The position numbers and the translations under genes were made by a program. A stretch of DNA of 64,000 nucleotides from Ostreococcus lucimarinus (taxonomy: Eukaryota). Of the stretch, positions 42,827 through 56,283 are shown one piece after another. The notes under the pieces were generated by a model, which saw only the letters and a program-made list of their open reading frames with translations, was not told where the DNA came from and ran no database searches. Numbering within the stretch: the stretch's first letter is position 1; every line of letters starts with the position of its first letter. The stretch lies in the NCBI GenBank assembly GCA_000092065.1, contig CP000582.1. One strand, written 5' to 3'.

Positions 42827-43580
42827 CTATTGATCTCGAATCTGCGATCAATGGTAATATCGATTAGTAAACCTCAAAATATGTAATAATCAACACTCAC
42901 CTTGAATCCAAATATTCTAGGTTCATACAAGTCAGTTTGTTTTGGGGTCTGCAAGTGCTTGAAGCTCATCAGAAACAAATGCGGAAACGTCGTTCCAAAG
43001 TACGCTCCGTCGGTGTTTCCTTGATATTTACTTCGAGGAAAGTATATATCCTAAAATACGGAGTTGGAAGCAAGAGATGCCAATATGGATGACGTACCTT
43101 GCACTTCGGACAGAATATTTTCACCGTCGCAGTTCGAAAGATATCCGACGTGCCGACCGGTAAGCACGGCGTATTCGCGCACATAAATCTTGGACAACGT
43201 CCAAAGTGGTTCTGTTTGTACTTCTCCAACATCAATGTCATACCTCTTTGGGTCAGTATGTATCGCGCGTGAATTAGACCATAGAGCATTTCTGCCGCCG
43301 ACTCAACAAGCTCCTGCTGCTGTTCGCTCAACGTGCTATGCCCTCTTTCTACATCAAGAATTGTGTCAAGTGCGTAATCATAATATGGAACAGAGGAGCT
43401 GAGGCCGCTCAAGTTGAAATCGTCTTGTATGTATTCTTCGTCAACTTCACAAAATAACTCATTTCCTTTCAATCCGCAAAACCACGCAATCCACGACTGT
43501 TCTGTATCTTCGATCGAATCGTCGAAGGAATCGTCGCCAGACGACGCCGTTTCGTCGCTCAAATACGCAGGTTTTTTCAT
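42827..43580 (-). CDS. CK2B: Casein kinase II regulatory subunit beta. Three exons: 43098..43580, 42901..43050, 42827..42841.
   Basis: [83 protein letters not shown], zinc finger CPKCK|[28 protein letters not shown]...RIFGFK|IRDQ. Collinear with CK2-beta. Introns GTACGT..TTTTAG and GTGAGT..CGCAG. Confidence 0.85.
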
Positions 43581-43905
43581 CTGTTTTGAACGAGCGCTAT
43601 GTGGTGATTAGTCTCAGCCAACGTGGCTTCCTTAAAGCGACCTCATAAAGGTTATATAGCCACATATAGACAGTCTTATGTTAATATATGAGAGCAAGGA
43701 CCGAGCCAGCACTTTGCAGACGTTCCCAACGAACTGCTCGGCAGGAAAGCTCAACAGTTCCCGTCGGAAGCGAAAACGAGCGGTAAATCTATTGCTCGCG
43801 TGTCACCCTCCTCGAAATTTCGACTCGGGGCCTGCGTGTTTCACATAGCAGTAGCATACTTTTCTACATCGCAAATCAAGCCGACCCGAAGCAACGAGTG
43901 AATAG

Positions 43906-44331
43906 ATGCCTACTGCGCACGAGGCTGATGCGAGCGTTGCCCGCGAGCAGGACAGATTCCTGCCCGTGGCGAATATCAACAGGATAATGAAAAAAGCACT
44001 TCCGGCGAACGCGAAAATCGCGAAGGACGCAAAGGAAACAGTTCAGGAATGCGTATCAGAGTTCATCAGCTTCATCACAAGCGAGTAAGTGTCTGTCTAG
44101 TCCAGCCTTGATTTCAACTAAGAGAAAATTAGGGCTAGTGATAAGTGCCAGCGCGAAAAGAGGAAGACTATCAATGGCGATGATTTGCTGTGGGCGATGA
44201 GCACTTTGGGCTTCGAAGAATATATCCGACCATTAAGAGTGTATCTACAGGGCTACCGGAATGTAAGTAGTATTTTTTTTCATGAACTTGTGTTTTGATG
44301 ATTTTTTGAAAAGGTTGAAGGCGAGAAATGA
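43906..44331 (+). CDS. NFYB: Nuclear transcription factor Y subunit B (NF-YB/HAP3), histone-fold. Three exons: 43906..44084, 44133..44262, 44314..44331.
   Basis: [48 protein letters not shown]|[43 protein letters not shown]|VEGEK. Near-identical to the conserved NF-YB core. Introns GTAAGT..ATTAG (phase 2) and GTAAGT..AAAAG. Confidence 0.85.
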
Positions 44332-44423
44332 TCGCTAGCGGTAAAGTACATTGGGTTGTGGACTGCAGTTTGATTGTTTTTTTTGTAAATTCGCGGTATA
44401 TGTGTGTGTACATTTGTAACCGA

Positions 44424-45475
44424 TTAAAGATTTGTCAACAGGGTAGTCACTTCTGCCGCGCTTTTCAACGTATAAGTGTTTAGCTCTACTATCGCCACTT
44501 CGCATTTGTCCGATGTGAGATCACTAGCATCTACATTCGATTCGTTTAGCGCTCTCAGTGCAATCATGATCATCTGGCCATCTACATCATTCACGGAGTA
44601 ATGCAAAGCGTACAACAAACGTACCTCGTCAACGCTGGCAGTCTCGAGGGCCTCCATATTTTTTTCAAGATATGTTCGTGCTGACTGTGACCTCCCACCT
44701 AATTCACACATCAACGTCTTATTTGGATTATTCGAATGCTTGACTGGCTCATACCTATTGCAGTGCACGACATTTGGTGAACTTCACCACTAGGACAAGT
44801 TTGGAAGATTTGACAACCGAGCTGTTCACTTGAACCAACAAGTACCAAACCGACTCCACAAGGCCGTCCTGAGCTTTTTCGCATAGAGATCTATTCAAAA
44901 CAATAAGAGAAAGCAAGTCTACCTGTGATCAATTCACCTGTAATGATTTTGAAGCTGCTGCAGCGAGCCGACCAGGGCATGCGCTTCGACCGTACACAAA
45001 CTCTTCTCTTGTACTTTCCTCGCGAAGAAGTTTTACTAACTTTGCCCCATCTGTTGAAAGACCTGACACTGCGACGCCCACTCGTGTGTTTATTGCGAAA
45101 ATCTTTTCTTGCATCGAAGATAGCTTCGATTGTTTGCGCTTCAAAGCAGCGAGCACAGCGCACTTTTTATTCTGCGATCACCATTAACAAACTTTGTAGC
45201 AAGTTTCAGAAAGTTTAGACACATACACCACAAGCTACAACGGTACTTCCTTGCTTCACGGCTTCCATCGCATCTTTTGATCATTTGAGGTCCATCACTC
45301 ATAGAAGATATGTGAAAGACTTACACTCCACCTGATGCAAGCGTCCCTGTGGACTCCATGTCAACATGTCCTGTAGGTCAACGACGTCAGCGAGAGGAAC
45401 GTCGTTCAGAGACGAGAGCGCCGTCAATTTTAGATAGTTACCTGATCATATTGATTGCGAAACATGGTGATAGCG
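44424..45475 (-). CDS. Proteasome subunit alpha, alpha-6/PSMA1-like, multi-exon.
   Basis: N-terminal exons MFRNQYDQ|DMLTWSPQGRLHQVE|YAMEAVKQGS...; middle KRKQSKLSSMQEKIFAINTRVGVAVSGLSTDGAKLVKLLREESTREEFVYGR; C-terminal RSQSARTYLEKNMEA...MIMIALRAL. Collinear with PSMA1. Start ATG at 45473..45475. Confidence 0.8.
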
Positions 45476-45776
45476 ACGAAACGCGTGACGAGTTATGACG
45501 ATCTACGACAACTCTGAACGTTGTACCACTTGATGTCGCTTGTCGCTTCATACTTTGTCGAAAACATGTTCTAATACGGGAGTCTCAAGTACAGAGTGCA
45601 CAGAGTGAAGGTGAAACACCGACAGCTGAACTATGCAGCGGCCGACGAGCTGCAACGGCCGGTCAGCAAGTTGCGGATACTGAGGTAATCGCGAGTGCAC
45701 GCTTGGCCTACGCAAACTCCACGCTCTGGCTCACAGTATCCGTCTACAAAGCTGATACACATCTACATCTACCTCG

Positions 45777-46280
45777 ATGCGCTTTCAACTTGCTGTCACG
45801 AAACTAGTTCGTCGTGCACGTCGCCTGCAGCGCATTTCTCACGTACGAATCGATTCGCAACCGTTCATCACGTTACAGTTGTCCTTTAAGGATGAGCGAG
45901 ATCACGCTCGCCCTCGTTCCATCAGCCAGAACCGGTTCAGCACTTCAGAATCGAAGGAGTACGTCTTCAACGACGTCGCAAACTGTACTTTGCAGAATAT
46001 TCTCGATAGTATTGAAGCTTTGATAGACAAGGAACGGCTGGACATGGATATATCACTCGAAACTGGCGTGTTGACTATCGATTGCGGAGAAAACGGGGTC
46101 TTTGTGTTGAATAAGCAGACCCCGAATAGACAAATTTGGCTCGCCTCACCCGTCAGCGGCCCTTTCAGATATAATTACACACCATCCGGTGAATGGTTGA
46201 GCACACGAGATGACTATTCTCTACAAAGCCGTCTAAAATATGAGTTAGAGTCTATATATAAACTGGAGGTCAATTTCTAA
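45777..46280 (+). CDS. FXN: Frataxin (CyaY family) with a mitochondrial presequence.
   Basis: VFNDVANCTLQNILDSIEAL, GVLTIDCGENGVFVLNKQTPNRQIWLASPVSGPFRYNY, EWLSTRDDYSLQSRLKYEL. Collinear with the frataxin fold. The N-terminus MRFQLAVTKLVRRARRLQRISH is Arg-rich, as expected for a mitochondrial presequence. The stop codon overlaps the 3' end of the convergent TGS1 gene. Confidence 0.8.
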   Translation: MRFQLAVTKLVRRARRLQRISHVRIDSQPFITLQLSFKDERDHARPRSISQNRFSTSESKEYVFNDVANCTLQNILDSIEALIDKERLDMDISLETGVLTIDCGENGVFVLNKQTPNRQIWLASPVSGPFRYNYTPSGEWLSTRDDYSLQSRLKYELESIYKLEVNF

Positions 46281-47215
46281 GGTCGAAAAGTATGGATTGT
46301 AAAAAGTACAACGTATTGGCTTTCACACGGCTCTTGACTTCGTGAGACTCTATCTTGGAGAAAGTGAGGGGCAAGACCACATAGTTTATAGACGCACTCA
46401 CCTGAAAGTGTCCTGTGCAGTTATTCATAATATCATCGAAGTTAATATTGCGCGGTAGGAAGCACACAGTATTGTTTGACGCTGCCAGTGATCTCGTTAT
46501 CACTTCAGTGCCTCGAAGTCCGCCAATCCATTTTTGCGAGAGCAGAAACTCTTCTCTCACGGAATAAGATGGCCCTCCCCAGGGTGGGGACAAAAATATA
46601 AAGTCTACTCGAGAACTGCTCATCAACTCCAGAAAGTTACAGCATATAAACTCGATGTTCTGATGTACTGACGTGGTTGACGCATTATGTTGAGCCTGTA
46701 TCAGTGGAATGTAAATACGCGCCAACTCAGTCGCGATTAATAACACTTACCATTTTCAACTTTTCGCTATCGATGTCGCACGCCAATACTTTACACCCGA
46801 CTTTAGCGAAGGCAATTGAGTTCCCACCCACACCGCAGAAAGCGTCCAAGACTACGGGGGGCAAGTCTGAACGCCGCTTTCGCTGGAAACATTCGACGCA
46901 CAATCTAGCTTGATGGTCGGCTATAATTATTGGAGTTGTCGAGTACCACGCTTCCGTATCCAATAGCATGCCCATTTCCCACTCAGAGAAGAGATCGTAG
47001 CGTTGTCGCCAGTATTTGGAAAGTGGGGCAGTATAAGTTTCAGTTCCAACTCGTGTTTGAACGTCGACTTCGTAAGGGATTTCACGAGAGAAGTCCATCC
47101 ACTCATTCAATACAACCAATATGTGAACTAGCGTCAGAGACAATGCGTTCAATTCATCCCCTCGAACGCGCCGTGCGTCAGACTTTGACCGGTGCGACTG
47201 CACTTCGTGTCCCAT
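46270..47215 (-). CDS. TGS1: Trimethylguanosine synthase (TGS1; snRNA/snoRNA cap hypermethylase). Two exons with an intron near 46735..46760.
   Basis: YWRQRYDLFSEWEMGMLLDTEAWYSTTPIIIADHQA, SAM-binding VVLDAFCGVGGNSIAFA, VLACDIDSEKLKM|..., FICCNF, VDFIFLSPPWGGPSY. These match TGS1 motifs I-IV. Confidence 0.75.
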
Positions 47216-47314
47216 CCTCGACTGGCGTTGACGTGCACAATACGACTAGCATGATATGATATCTGCAGAATCTGAAACGAACCAGTCACTACTCGATTCA
47301 AGATCATTAGTGGC

Positions 47315-49823
47315 ATGACTCCTACGGCGGTCACGACCTTCGAGCGAGAAACTGTGTATTGGAGTGAGAATGATTCGACAAAGTTGCGAGAGATACCGAT
47401 CACGTTTCACGACGTGGAAGAGTATTATGCAACGTTCTACACAACTCTTGTAGAGGAGGTGCGGTCAGATTTGAAAGATGCGTATGACGGTTCGATAGGT
47501 AAGACAGTACAAATTCCAACTTGCTTGAACCTGAGCTTGAACCTGTATTCAACTCGCAGCAGGACGTCGCACGTTTAGAATTTCTATCGAGCGCAAATGG
47601 ACAGAAAGTAGCTGTACATACTTAGAATTGAAGTTATGGATTGAGGAGGGTGCGCCTTCAATCGTAGAAGGTACAGTCATCTATATAAGTTCAGCTCGCG
47701 TTACGAACACAAGGCTGCATTCAGAGTTGGCACTTCTTGGAACAGTTGCTACACAAACGTTTGAAATGGGTAAACGTTGCGAAGTTCGAGTAATTCACCC
47801 CAGAGACGCTAGATGTGGTGCTGAACAACTTTTAGAAGCCATACGTCCTGGGCATTCGAAATACCTGTGGGGTGTTCCAACTTGTCGGCTATCAACACAT
47901 GTGCGTCAATTTGAAGCGCTTGCGGCAGTTTGCGATACAAATCCGGTAAGGCAAAACACACCTCTAGGATCTTGGACTTACGATGTACAGAACTTTCAAC
48001 ATTATCTTTTGAACCCGAAACGCGTCGCAGAACTTTTCATAGCGCCTCCACCTCCAACAGTGAGGCAACTGAATCTTGATAAAGCTGGTGGATTTGTTGC
48101 GCCCATGCAAGCCACGCTGAATACTCCTCAACTCGATGCTTTACTGGCTTGCGTACAGCGGATCCATAATTCAAAAAAAAGTGATCAACCTCCTTTCTCA
48201 TTAATTCAAGGTCCACCAGGGACAGGCAAAACAAAAGTGATTGTACGTACAGTTTATGTTTATATTTTGTTTCACTTACGCTTACATTTATCTATGGAAT
48301 AGTTGAGCTTAGCAAACGTCGTACATCTATTGCAGTTTCATGATTATTTCGAGAAAGTCATGTCTCTGGTAAAGGCAGGTAAAGTTGCACAGGCAGACTC
48401 GCTCAAAAGAAAGCGCCAAACGGAGCAAGACAACGCGAACACACACAACTTCAAGCCACGGATACTAATATGTGCACCCAGCAATGCGGCAGTCGATAAT
48501 ATTTTGGAACGGATAATTCGTGAAAGATTCGCACAACTGGATAATTCGCGCTATTCGCCCGACATACTACGTCTAGTATCCGGTGACGCAAACGTCTCAA
48601 CGACCGCGCAGTCTGTATCAGTTGAGCAACGCGTTAGAAACCTCATGGAGATGTCAACTTTGGATTGGAGCTCGTGGTATTCGCGTCAGTATCATACTGT
48701 CACCGTGTCTGAATTGAAGATAAAAGAACACTTACGAGATGATATCCAAGTCCTCAACTCCTCAGAGAGCAGTATCATACAACTGTATGAAGTGCGTGAC
48801 AGAGCTTTAGGTGATCTTGCTAGGCTGGAAAGACTACGCCCACTACATCATTGTACTTCAACGACACAAAACATGTGTTCATTTCGACAAATATCTGAGC
48901 ATATATCCGCTTCATTTGTCGACGAGGCGGAGATTGTATGCTGTACCCTTACCTCCATCAAACGCCACGTGCTTGCCAGTTCGCGACCTTTCAAAACAAT
49001 TATCATCGATGAAGCATGCCAGGCGAACGAATTATCGACTTTGATCCCGATGACGTTGTCTAATGCTCATTGTGTCTTGGTGGGTGACCCTAAACAACTA
49101 CCAGCCACCGTCAAATCGCTGAATGCCAAACAAGCAAAATTTGACCGTTCACTATTTGAACGGCTAATGGTCGCAGGCATGCGCTGTAACCTGCTCACTG
49201 TCCAATACAGGATGCACCCGCAAATACGGATGTTTCCATCGTCGATATTTTACTCAAATGCACTGATCGATGCTCCTGGGCTTGCCAAAATTAGAGACTT
49301 ACCTTCTCACCGTTGTTGGCCGTTTCAACCGTACATGGTTTTCGACGCAGTGGATGGACAGGAAATCCAAGCGGCAAGTTTTTCTCGATACAACCAAGTC
49401 GAAGCATCTTTTATAATCGATTTACTGGAGAAGTACTACCAACTTTTCCCTCTTGTTGACGATAGTACTCAGAAAGTTGTGGTTTTGAGTGGTTACAGGA
49501 AGCAATGCGAGCTGATACAAAACATGCTGCATCAGAAGCCCACGCTGGGTCAACTGATCTCTGTAAGTACGATTGATGCGTTCCAAGGTCAGGAAGGGGA
49601 CTTAGTTATCCTCTCGTGCGTACGAACGTCAGCAAATGACATTGGTTTCGTGTCAGATATGCGGAGATTGAATGTGGCTTTGACGAGAGCAAAATCATCG
49701 CTATGGATCGTCTGCAAATGCGAGGCGGTGTCAAAATTTAATTTTTGGAAAGCTTTGCTGAAGAACGCAAAAGAACGAGGATGTTATACAGACAACTTAC
49801 AAGATGCACTTGCATTAGAATGA
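47315..49823 (+). CDS. Superfamily-1 (UPF1-like) RNA/DNA helicase, SEN1/senataxin- or MAA3-like. At least three exons.
   Basis: Walker A SLIQGPPGTGKTK (across an intron), ILICAPSNAAVDNI, DEACQANE, CVLVGDPKQLPATV, TVQYRMHPQI, STIDAFQGQEGDLVILSCVR, LNVALTRAKSSLWIV. ORFs 47315..47578, 47628..48302 and 48303..49823 join through short introns. Confidence 0.75.
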
Positions 49824-49910
49824 TGTGATGATTCAATAAACCAAGAAACTGTGTTGAAAGACTATGAATACAAAACTTTGCGCTCAATATGGCGCTGTAT
49901 GTGCTTTTTT

Positions 49911-52193
49911 TCACCTACGTTTGCCTTTGGTACAACAAATAACGTTCAATGTACCCAAGTTATTACTCGTGGTATTGTCTAACTCACTCTGCTTTCTACT
50001 CAAATCGCGGGACATCCGTTTCAAGCACATAACGTCTATTTTCTTACTCGTCGAATTCAGCATACTTAAACTCAGTGCAAGCAAGTGTTCTAAGTGTACC
50101 GATTCTGACAAAAGCTCGAAACATGTAACGATGATTGCCTCGGCAAAACTACTCGAAGTATTTCGCATGGCAGCCATTTGCTGCGAAGTTGGCACGCGAT
50201 TTAAAATTGCCTGAAGTACAAAGGGTGTCGTCTTCAGCGCAGCTGCCAGATGTAAGGCCGACAGAAAGTCCTTACGTTGTAAGGCAGAAGCGACATTCGG
50301 CAATGATGCATCTTCAGATAGCCGAGTTGATATTTCATTTTCGTCCGCAGCAAGTCTATGAATATGAACTCCTCTCTTCGTCACAATAATGAAAACATCG
50401 GATTCTTTACTGTATGATAGAGCTCCAACAATATTCTTAGTGGGCATAGAAAGACCTACGTGCGGCAGATGTCGCTTAAGTAGAGTGTGCCGTCCGGGGT
50501 CATAGATACATATAAGTGCCGCTGACGTGCTACAAACAAGCATAGACCCAGACGGGTTGTACTGTAACGAAATGAAACTAGAATCGTCATTGAGTCGCGG
50601 AACATCTCGCGAGTAGTCCACAGTTCCCAAAAGTTGACTTCCTTCCATCTTCCAAAATGCTATTTTTTGCCCGGAGGTAGATACAGCTAATTGTTTATCA
50701 TCGCGGCGTATTGCGACTGCAATCACATCACGACTGTGTGGAATGACTTCACAGGCGAACTCTCGATGGCTCATGTCCCACAGTCGGACTGTACCATCCC
50801 AAGATCCAGACACCATGGTTGTCGTCATGCAGAAGTCCAAGGAGGAGATGATAGCGCTGTGACCAGACAGTACCTCAAGGAGTTGACCTGTGGTGAACGA
50901 CCACATCAGTATCTGAAATGTGTCTAGCGTACTTGCACATACGAGTTCCTCGCTAGCATCGACAGTAACTCTGTTGAATCTACTGTCAAATGAGGCTGTA
51001 AACGTCCGAAAAACACGCAGTCTATGTATGTCATGAGCGCGAACTGTGCCATCAAAGCTCGCGGACAAGAATCCGCCGCCGGATCGTAAGCATTCTACTG
51101 CCGAAACTAGTGCTTCGTGGTGATGAAATGTCGCCACGCATGACGAGGTCTGAATGCTCCAAACATTCACAACACCACTGTGCGTTCCAGTGATGAGTGT
51201 CTCGCCGTCGTCACTCAAAGTTGTACAGCTAACGCTTGCCGTGCTCGTACGGTGGTTCAGCCTTAAACTTTGCGAGCTTGTATCCCATACAACAATTCTT
51301 TCCGTTCCGAAAAGCGCTAAGCTCTCGCCCGTTTCATCGAAGCAGCATTTCTCTACATCAAAACCGAACGTGATCTGCCCCAGTTCTTGTGCTGTTTGCA
51401 CTGCGAACAATTGCACAAGATCGGGTGACGTGACCACCGCGACTTGATGTGCCCTATGACTAAATGTCGCGTATAACACCTCATTCACCGTGCCCAGCTT
51501 TTCTCGACGCACCAACTGCTTTTTAAACGGAGACATTGAGTCGTCATGATTTGTTACAGAGCACTCCAGTAATGTCCCAGCACGCGTTATGCTGATTATC
51601 TCATTCTTTTCACGAAACGAGACCGCAGCGATGTTTCTGTCATCAAATAGTATGCATCGATATTTGCCTGAGCACTCACGGTGGTATAGTCTGCATGTGC
51701 TACCCGCAGATACTGCGAAATGTCCATCGTCACTTTGTCCTCCAAAGCCGGTGACCGTGCCCTCAGCAATTGTTTCCCTAAATACTCGATTCATAGGTTC
51801 GGTCGGCGTGTAGCACTTGTTTTGCCATACTTCCAGTGCATGATCGTAAAGCACAACAACATTTGGCCATGTTCCACCTGCACTTGATACGAACTGCACC
51901 AAAAGCGGGAGCCCTGCCATTTTCTTGCGTTGTATCTGTGTCGCCGTGGCGATGTTGAAGATTGTGATGTAGTCGTCCCTATCTAGTGCAACCAAAATCA
52001 TCCTTTCAACACTAACATCTATTGACTTAATGCCTACGCGTTCGTTCCTGGCGATACATTTGCTGCTGGATGTTTGTACATCGACTTCAGAAACCACGTT
52101 GTCGGTTGCGACAAAAACCCTCCCTCTAGAGTAAACGACGCGGTTTGAATCGAAATCTGTATTGACGACTCCGCACGTAAGAAGTCGACTCAT
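49911..52193 (-). CDS. PWP2: WD40-repeat SSU-processome protein, periodic tryptophan protein 2 (PWP2/UTP1)-like.
   Basis: N-terminus from MSRLLTCGVVNTDFDSNRVVYSRGRVFVATDNV... resembles PWP2 (FSNLLGTVYRRGNL.F...G..V.SPVGNRV). About a dozen WD repeats (GHSAIISSLDF, WDGTVRLWD, HEALVSAVE...) and a helical Utp12-like C-terminal region. The ORF extends 5' to 52397, but homology begins at Met-69. Confidence 0.7.
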   Translation of the reverse strand: MSRLLTCGVVNTDFDSNRVVYSRGRVFVATDNVVSEVDVQTSSSKCIARNERVGIKSIDVSVERMILVALDRDDYITIFNIATATQIQRKKMAGLPLLVQFVSSAGGTWPNVVVLYDHALEVWQNKCYTPTEPMNRVFRETIAEGTVTGFGGQSDDGHFAVSAGSTCRLYHRECSGKYRCILFDDRNIAAVSFREKNEIISITRAGTLLECSVTNHDDSMSPFKKQLVRREKLGTVNEVLYATFSHRAHQVAVVTSPDLVQLFAVQTAQELGQITFGFDVEKCCFDETGESLALFGTERIVVWDTSSQSLRLNHRTSTASVSCTTLSDDGETLITGTHSGVVNVWSIQTSSCVATFHHHEALVSAVECLRSGGGFLSASFDGTVRAHDIHRLRVFRTFTASFDSRFNRVTVDASEELVCASTLDTFQILMWSFTTGQLLEVLSGHSAIISSLDFCMTTTMVSGSWDGTVRLWDMSHREFACEVIPHSRDVIAVAIRRDDKQLAVSTSGQKIAFWKMEGSQLLGTVDYSRDVPRLNDDSSFISLQYNPSGSMLVCSTSAALICIYDPGRHTLLKRHLPHVGLSMPTKNIVGALSYSKESDVFIIVTKRGVHIHRLAADENEISTRLSEDASLPNVASALQRKDFLSALHLAAALKTTPFVLQAILNRVPTSQQMAAMRNTSSSFAEAIIVTCFELLSESVHLEHLLALSLSMLNSTSKKIDVMCLKRMSRDLSRKQSELDNTTSNNLGTLNVICCTKGKRR

Positions 52194-52648
52194 ATGGCTT
52201 TGTGTTGCGTTCTGGCGCAAGTATCCGCCTTCAAAGCGCGCGCGCTCAGTTTTGCCGGCGGCGCACGTTGGCTTTCGAGCGCTCAGTGCAAACTCATTTT
52301 CATACTGACGTATCCAGCTGTATACGGGCGTATATATATTGGGTGACTTATTAGTGATACAATATGCTCGCGCGTAAACAAACCCGAACTTTGTCAAATC
52401 TCGGCCTCGCGGTAAATGTGCGGGTTCTGTTGCGTTTAGCCAGACCCTCGTTTCACGTGACAGTTGCCGGTGCTGCCCGTATCACGTTATACCCTCTGCT
52501 CTGACTTCGTCTCAAAGTTTCCGACGATTGACTGTAGTACTCGAACCCGCCGCGGCTGCACGGGCTTCCTGTGTTCGGATAAGCAGCGACGATGTGCATA
52601 TCTGCACCGCGCGTAGCCAGGCTTTCATCAAGTCAAACAGAGTTGAAG

Positions 52649-53976
52649 ATGTCCATGAGATCAGTGCGATCCAACACCCGACGTAGCAGTACGACCCAAT
52701 CTCTTTCGGTACGTTTCTAACGCCGTGAATATGAAGTCAAACTCACTCATCGACACGCACATGACACAGGGTACCAGTGCAAACTTGCTAAGCGTAGTGG
52801 CGGGAACGCAGCAGGCTCGATCTGTTGACGGTGTTCGAGTATTACAGCGTGAAGGTACTCTTGGCATTCAATATCTCGTGAGCCTCGAAGACGAGACGAG
52901 AGTATGGTGATGTCACGTACTGCTGTTTCGACTTGACACTAACACAGTTGTAGGCTGCCCAACGAATGTGTAGCCGACGATTTGAGGAGTCAGTACGGTC
53001 TAGAGTGGTGGAACGCGTGTCGACAGGTGCGTAAACCAGCCCGCAAATGATGCCAGCATTATCCTGAAAGAAACCATAACCAGGGTGACCAAGCTACCCT
53101 AGAGAAGTTCTTGAGTACAAGCTCCGGGACTTTGCTGCACTCCAAGGACTCAAAACAGAGAAGGTATATTGCTGATGGAAAAGTGAAGCGCATCTAAAAT
53201 AAATACTGTCTAGCCCCATTCATTTTCTTGCAGGGGTTGGCGACACATTCGTTCTTGACCGACTGTTGAAAGAAGGCGCAGATGTAAACGCCCAGGTATG
53301 CTGCCCATTTTAATTATTTCTAATTTGATCTCAGAATCTTAGGACGTCGATGGCTACACGGCTGCGCACCTCGCTGCTGGGTACATGAGACTCGACTCCC
53401 TACGGTGCTTACTTAGTGCAGGAGCTGATGCAGAACTCGAGGATAACACAGGTCGCTCGGTACGCTCGACACACTTAGTGCACTTTCTTGCTTCTTATCT
53501 ATTCACTCAAAGGTGCAAGGACTAGTGCAGACCCTTCTTTCGAATACGCCAGTAACAACGACGACGTATTCGCGCAGAGTGGCACTAGAGTCAATGTTAT
53601 CTGCCATAGAGGCCCATATATATGAAGAGATTGTCCCTGTCGCGCTACTTTCAAAGCGCTTGTCAAACGGCACTGCTGAATACCTGGTGAGATGGATCGA
53701 CGGTGAGGCTGCAAGCTTATATTAAACACCATGTACTAATACTAGATCAGACGTTGATGATATGTGGGTACCGGAGGGAGATATCGCGGATGATGTCATC
53801 CAGACATTCGAAGAGAACTTAGAGCTCACAAAAGGGGAGCTATTGACGCAGAAAGAAGACGAGAGTAATGGACAACGTAGGCTCATTCAGGTGAGGCTAA
53901 TTATTGTTTGGGGTTAATCAGACAAATTGATTCCTTATTTCAGTGGCATGATTCGCAAATCTTGACATGGATCTAA
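52649..53976 (+). CDS. cpSRP43: Chloroplast signal recognition particle 43-kDa protein (cpSRP43). Ankyrin repeats flanked by chromodomains; about nine exons.
   Basis: Transit peptide exon MSMRSVRSNTRRSSTTQSLS. Chromodomain 1 GTLGIQYLVSLEDETRVW; LEWWNACRQ. Ankyrin repeats GDTFVLDRLLKEGADVNAQ|DVDGYTAAHLAAGYMRLDSLRCLLSAGADAELEDNTG. Chromodomains 2 and 3 AEYLVRWID|DVDDMWVPEGDIADDVIQTFEE...|WHDSQILTWI. This CD-Ank-CD-CD architecture matches Arabidopsis cpSRP43/CAO and is specific to the green lineage. Confidence 0.8.
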
Positions 53977-54093
53977 CGTGCCAATAGACAAAGCACTAAC
54001 CTTGCCAACTTGGCACTTGAGTGCCAAGTGGCAAATATTAAAAAGCCTGTTGAGGCTCTCTTCACTTGGAAGGATATCCCAGTCACTCAGGGC

Positions 54094-54975
54094 TCAGGCA
54101 AACGATAGTGTCAACGAATGGTTCGCGTTCAATCGAAATCCTTGTAACCCATTTAGCGCAGCTACGGCATTTGCCGTGGTATCAAATTCAACCTCGCCGT
54201 CGCCTGATTCACGCGTCATAGTAGCGTCTTTGTAGCCAGAGAACTGCTGAAAGAGTAATGCCAACATGTGTGTCGTCGTTGCACCTACGATAGCGAAAAT
54301 GTAAAATATGTGTCTTCTCGGTTCAATTGAATAAAGATAGATCTTCGACCGTTTGACTTACCTGGCAGTCCCTGCACAGCTATACGTGTGCTGGGAGGGC
54401 GCTTCATACCATCCATTGCTTTTGGCTCATGTCTTGTGGCATTCTCAGCAGTTGCGTTTTTTCTACGCAAACGCTCCCGTTCTTGGTTTTCTACTTTTCT
54501 ACTCAATCGAACTGCTCCATCGCGTTCGATATGCTCGCCTCTGCGTCGGCGGATTGCGTCTGATGTGGTGTTCGCAACCACAATTTTCTTGTGAACGCGT
54601 AAGTCAAAGTCATGAAATATGGCTTGCTACGTACCATTGGTTTATCATAAAATGGGAAGCTCTGTAATGACTGCATTGCATTATTTGCATCCATGGATGT
54701 GTCGTATACAATCCAAGCTTGTCCTCGTAGTCTATATGTGTTTGCCGTTACTATGTCTAAAACCTTCCCGAATGGAGAAAATACTGCATGTAGTGCAGCT
54801 CGTAATTCTGTTAAGGAAAATGTGAGAATCGAACCGTTGACGCATTCATGATATTCCGTCCGGTGGCGCACTAGAATGCTGACGTTCCTCCATACATCGT
54901 ACCTTGCTTCGGAACTTTTTCGTTCAAGTTGTTCACATACAAGGTGTGGAATTCTTCGGAGACTTGTGACGCCAT
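54094..54975 (-). CDS. U1 snRNP A / U2 snRNP B-double-prime family protein (two RRMs), multi-exon.
   Basis: Exon 1 MASQVSEEFHTLYVNNLNEKVPKQ; RRM1 ELRAALHAVFSPFGKVLDIVTANTYRLRGQAWIVYDTSMDANNAMQSLQSFPFYDKPM|KIVVANTTSDAI...; RRM2 HIFYIFAIVGATTTHMLALLFQQFSGYKDATMTRESGDGEVEFDTTANAVAALNGLQGFRLNANHSLTLSFA. Collinear with U1A/U2B''. Confidence 0.8.
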
Positions 54976-55377
54976 CTCAATATCTCTCTTTTAAAGTAGA
55001 GCCCGCAGCGCCGTGCGACGTATTGAATATTCCGGTGTATACGTGTGTTGCGAAGTTGTCTTGATTTTTCAGGTCGAGTCGCTGCGCAAACTGGGGGGAA
55101 CATTGTTGGGTTTGTCGGTTTGTTGATTTGCCGCAGTGGCTGTGATGTATTTTGAGAAATGTACTTTCACGATACGTATACTTATGAACTTGAAACGCCT
55201 ATATATTCATTGGACGATACGAGCGCTCGAGATCCGAAGTCGCGAGGATCTCCGCTACACGCACTCGCCAGGGCACCACTTCAACGCGCGCGGCGCAGCG
55301 TACAATTGCAGCACATTTTATCTAGTTCATACACAACACGTGACCAGCTGAAATACCGTCCGGTTGCCTCCCCCAGA

Positions 55378-56283
<906 letters not shown>

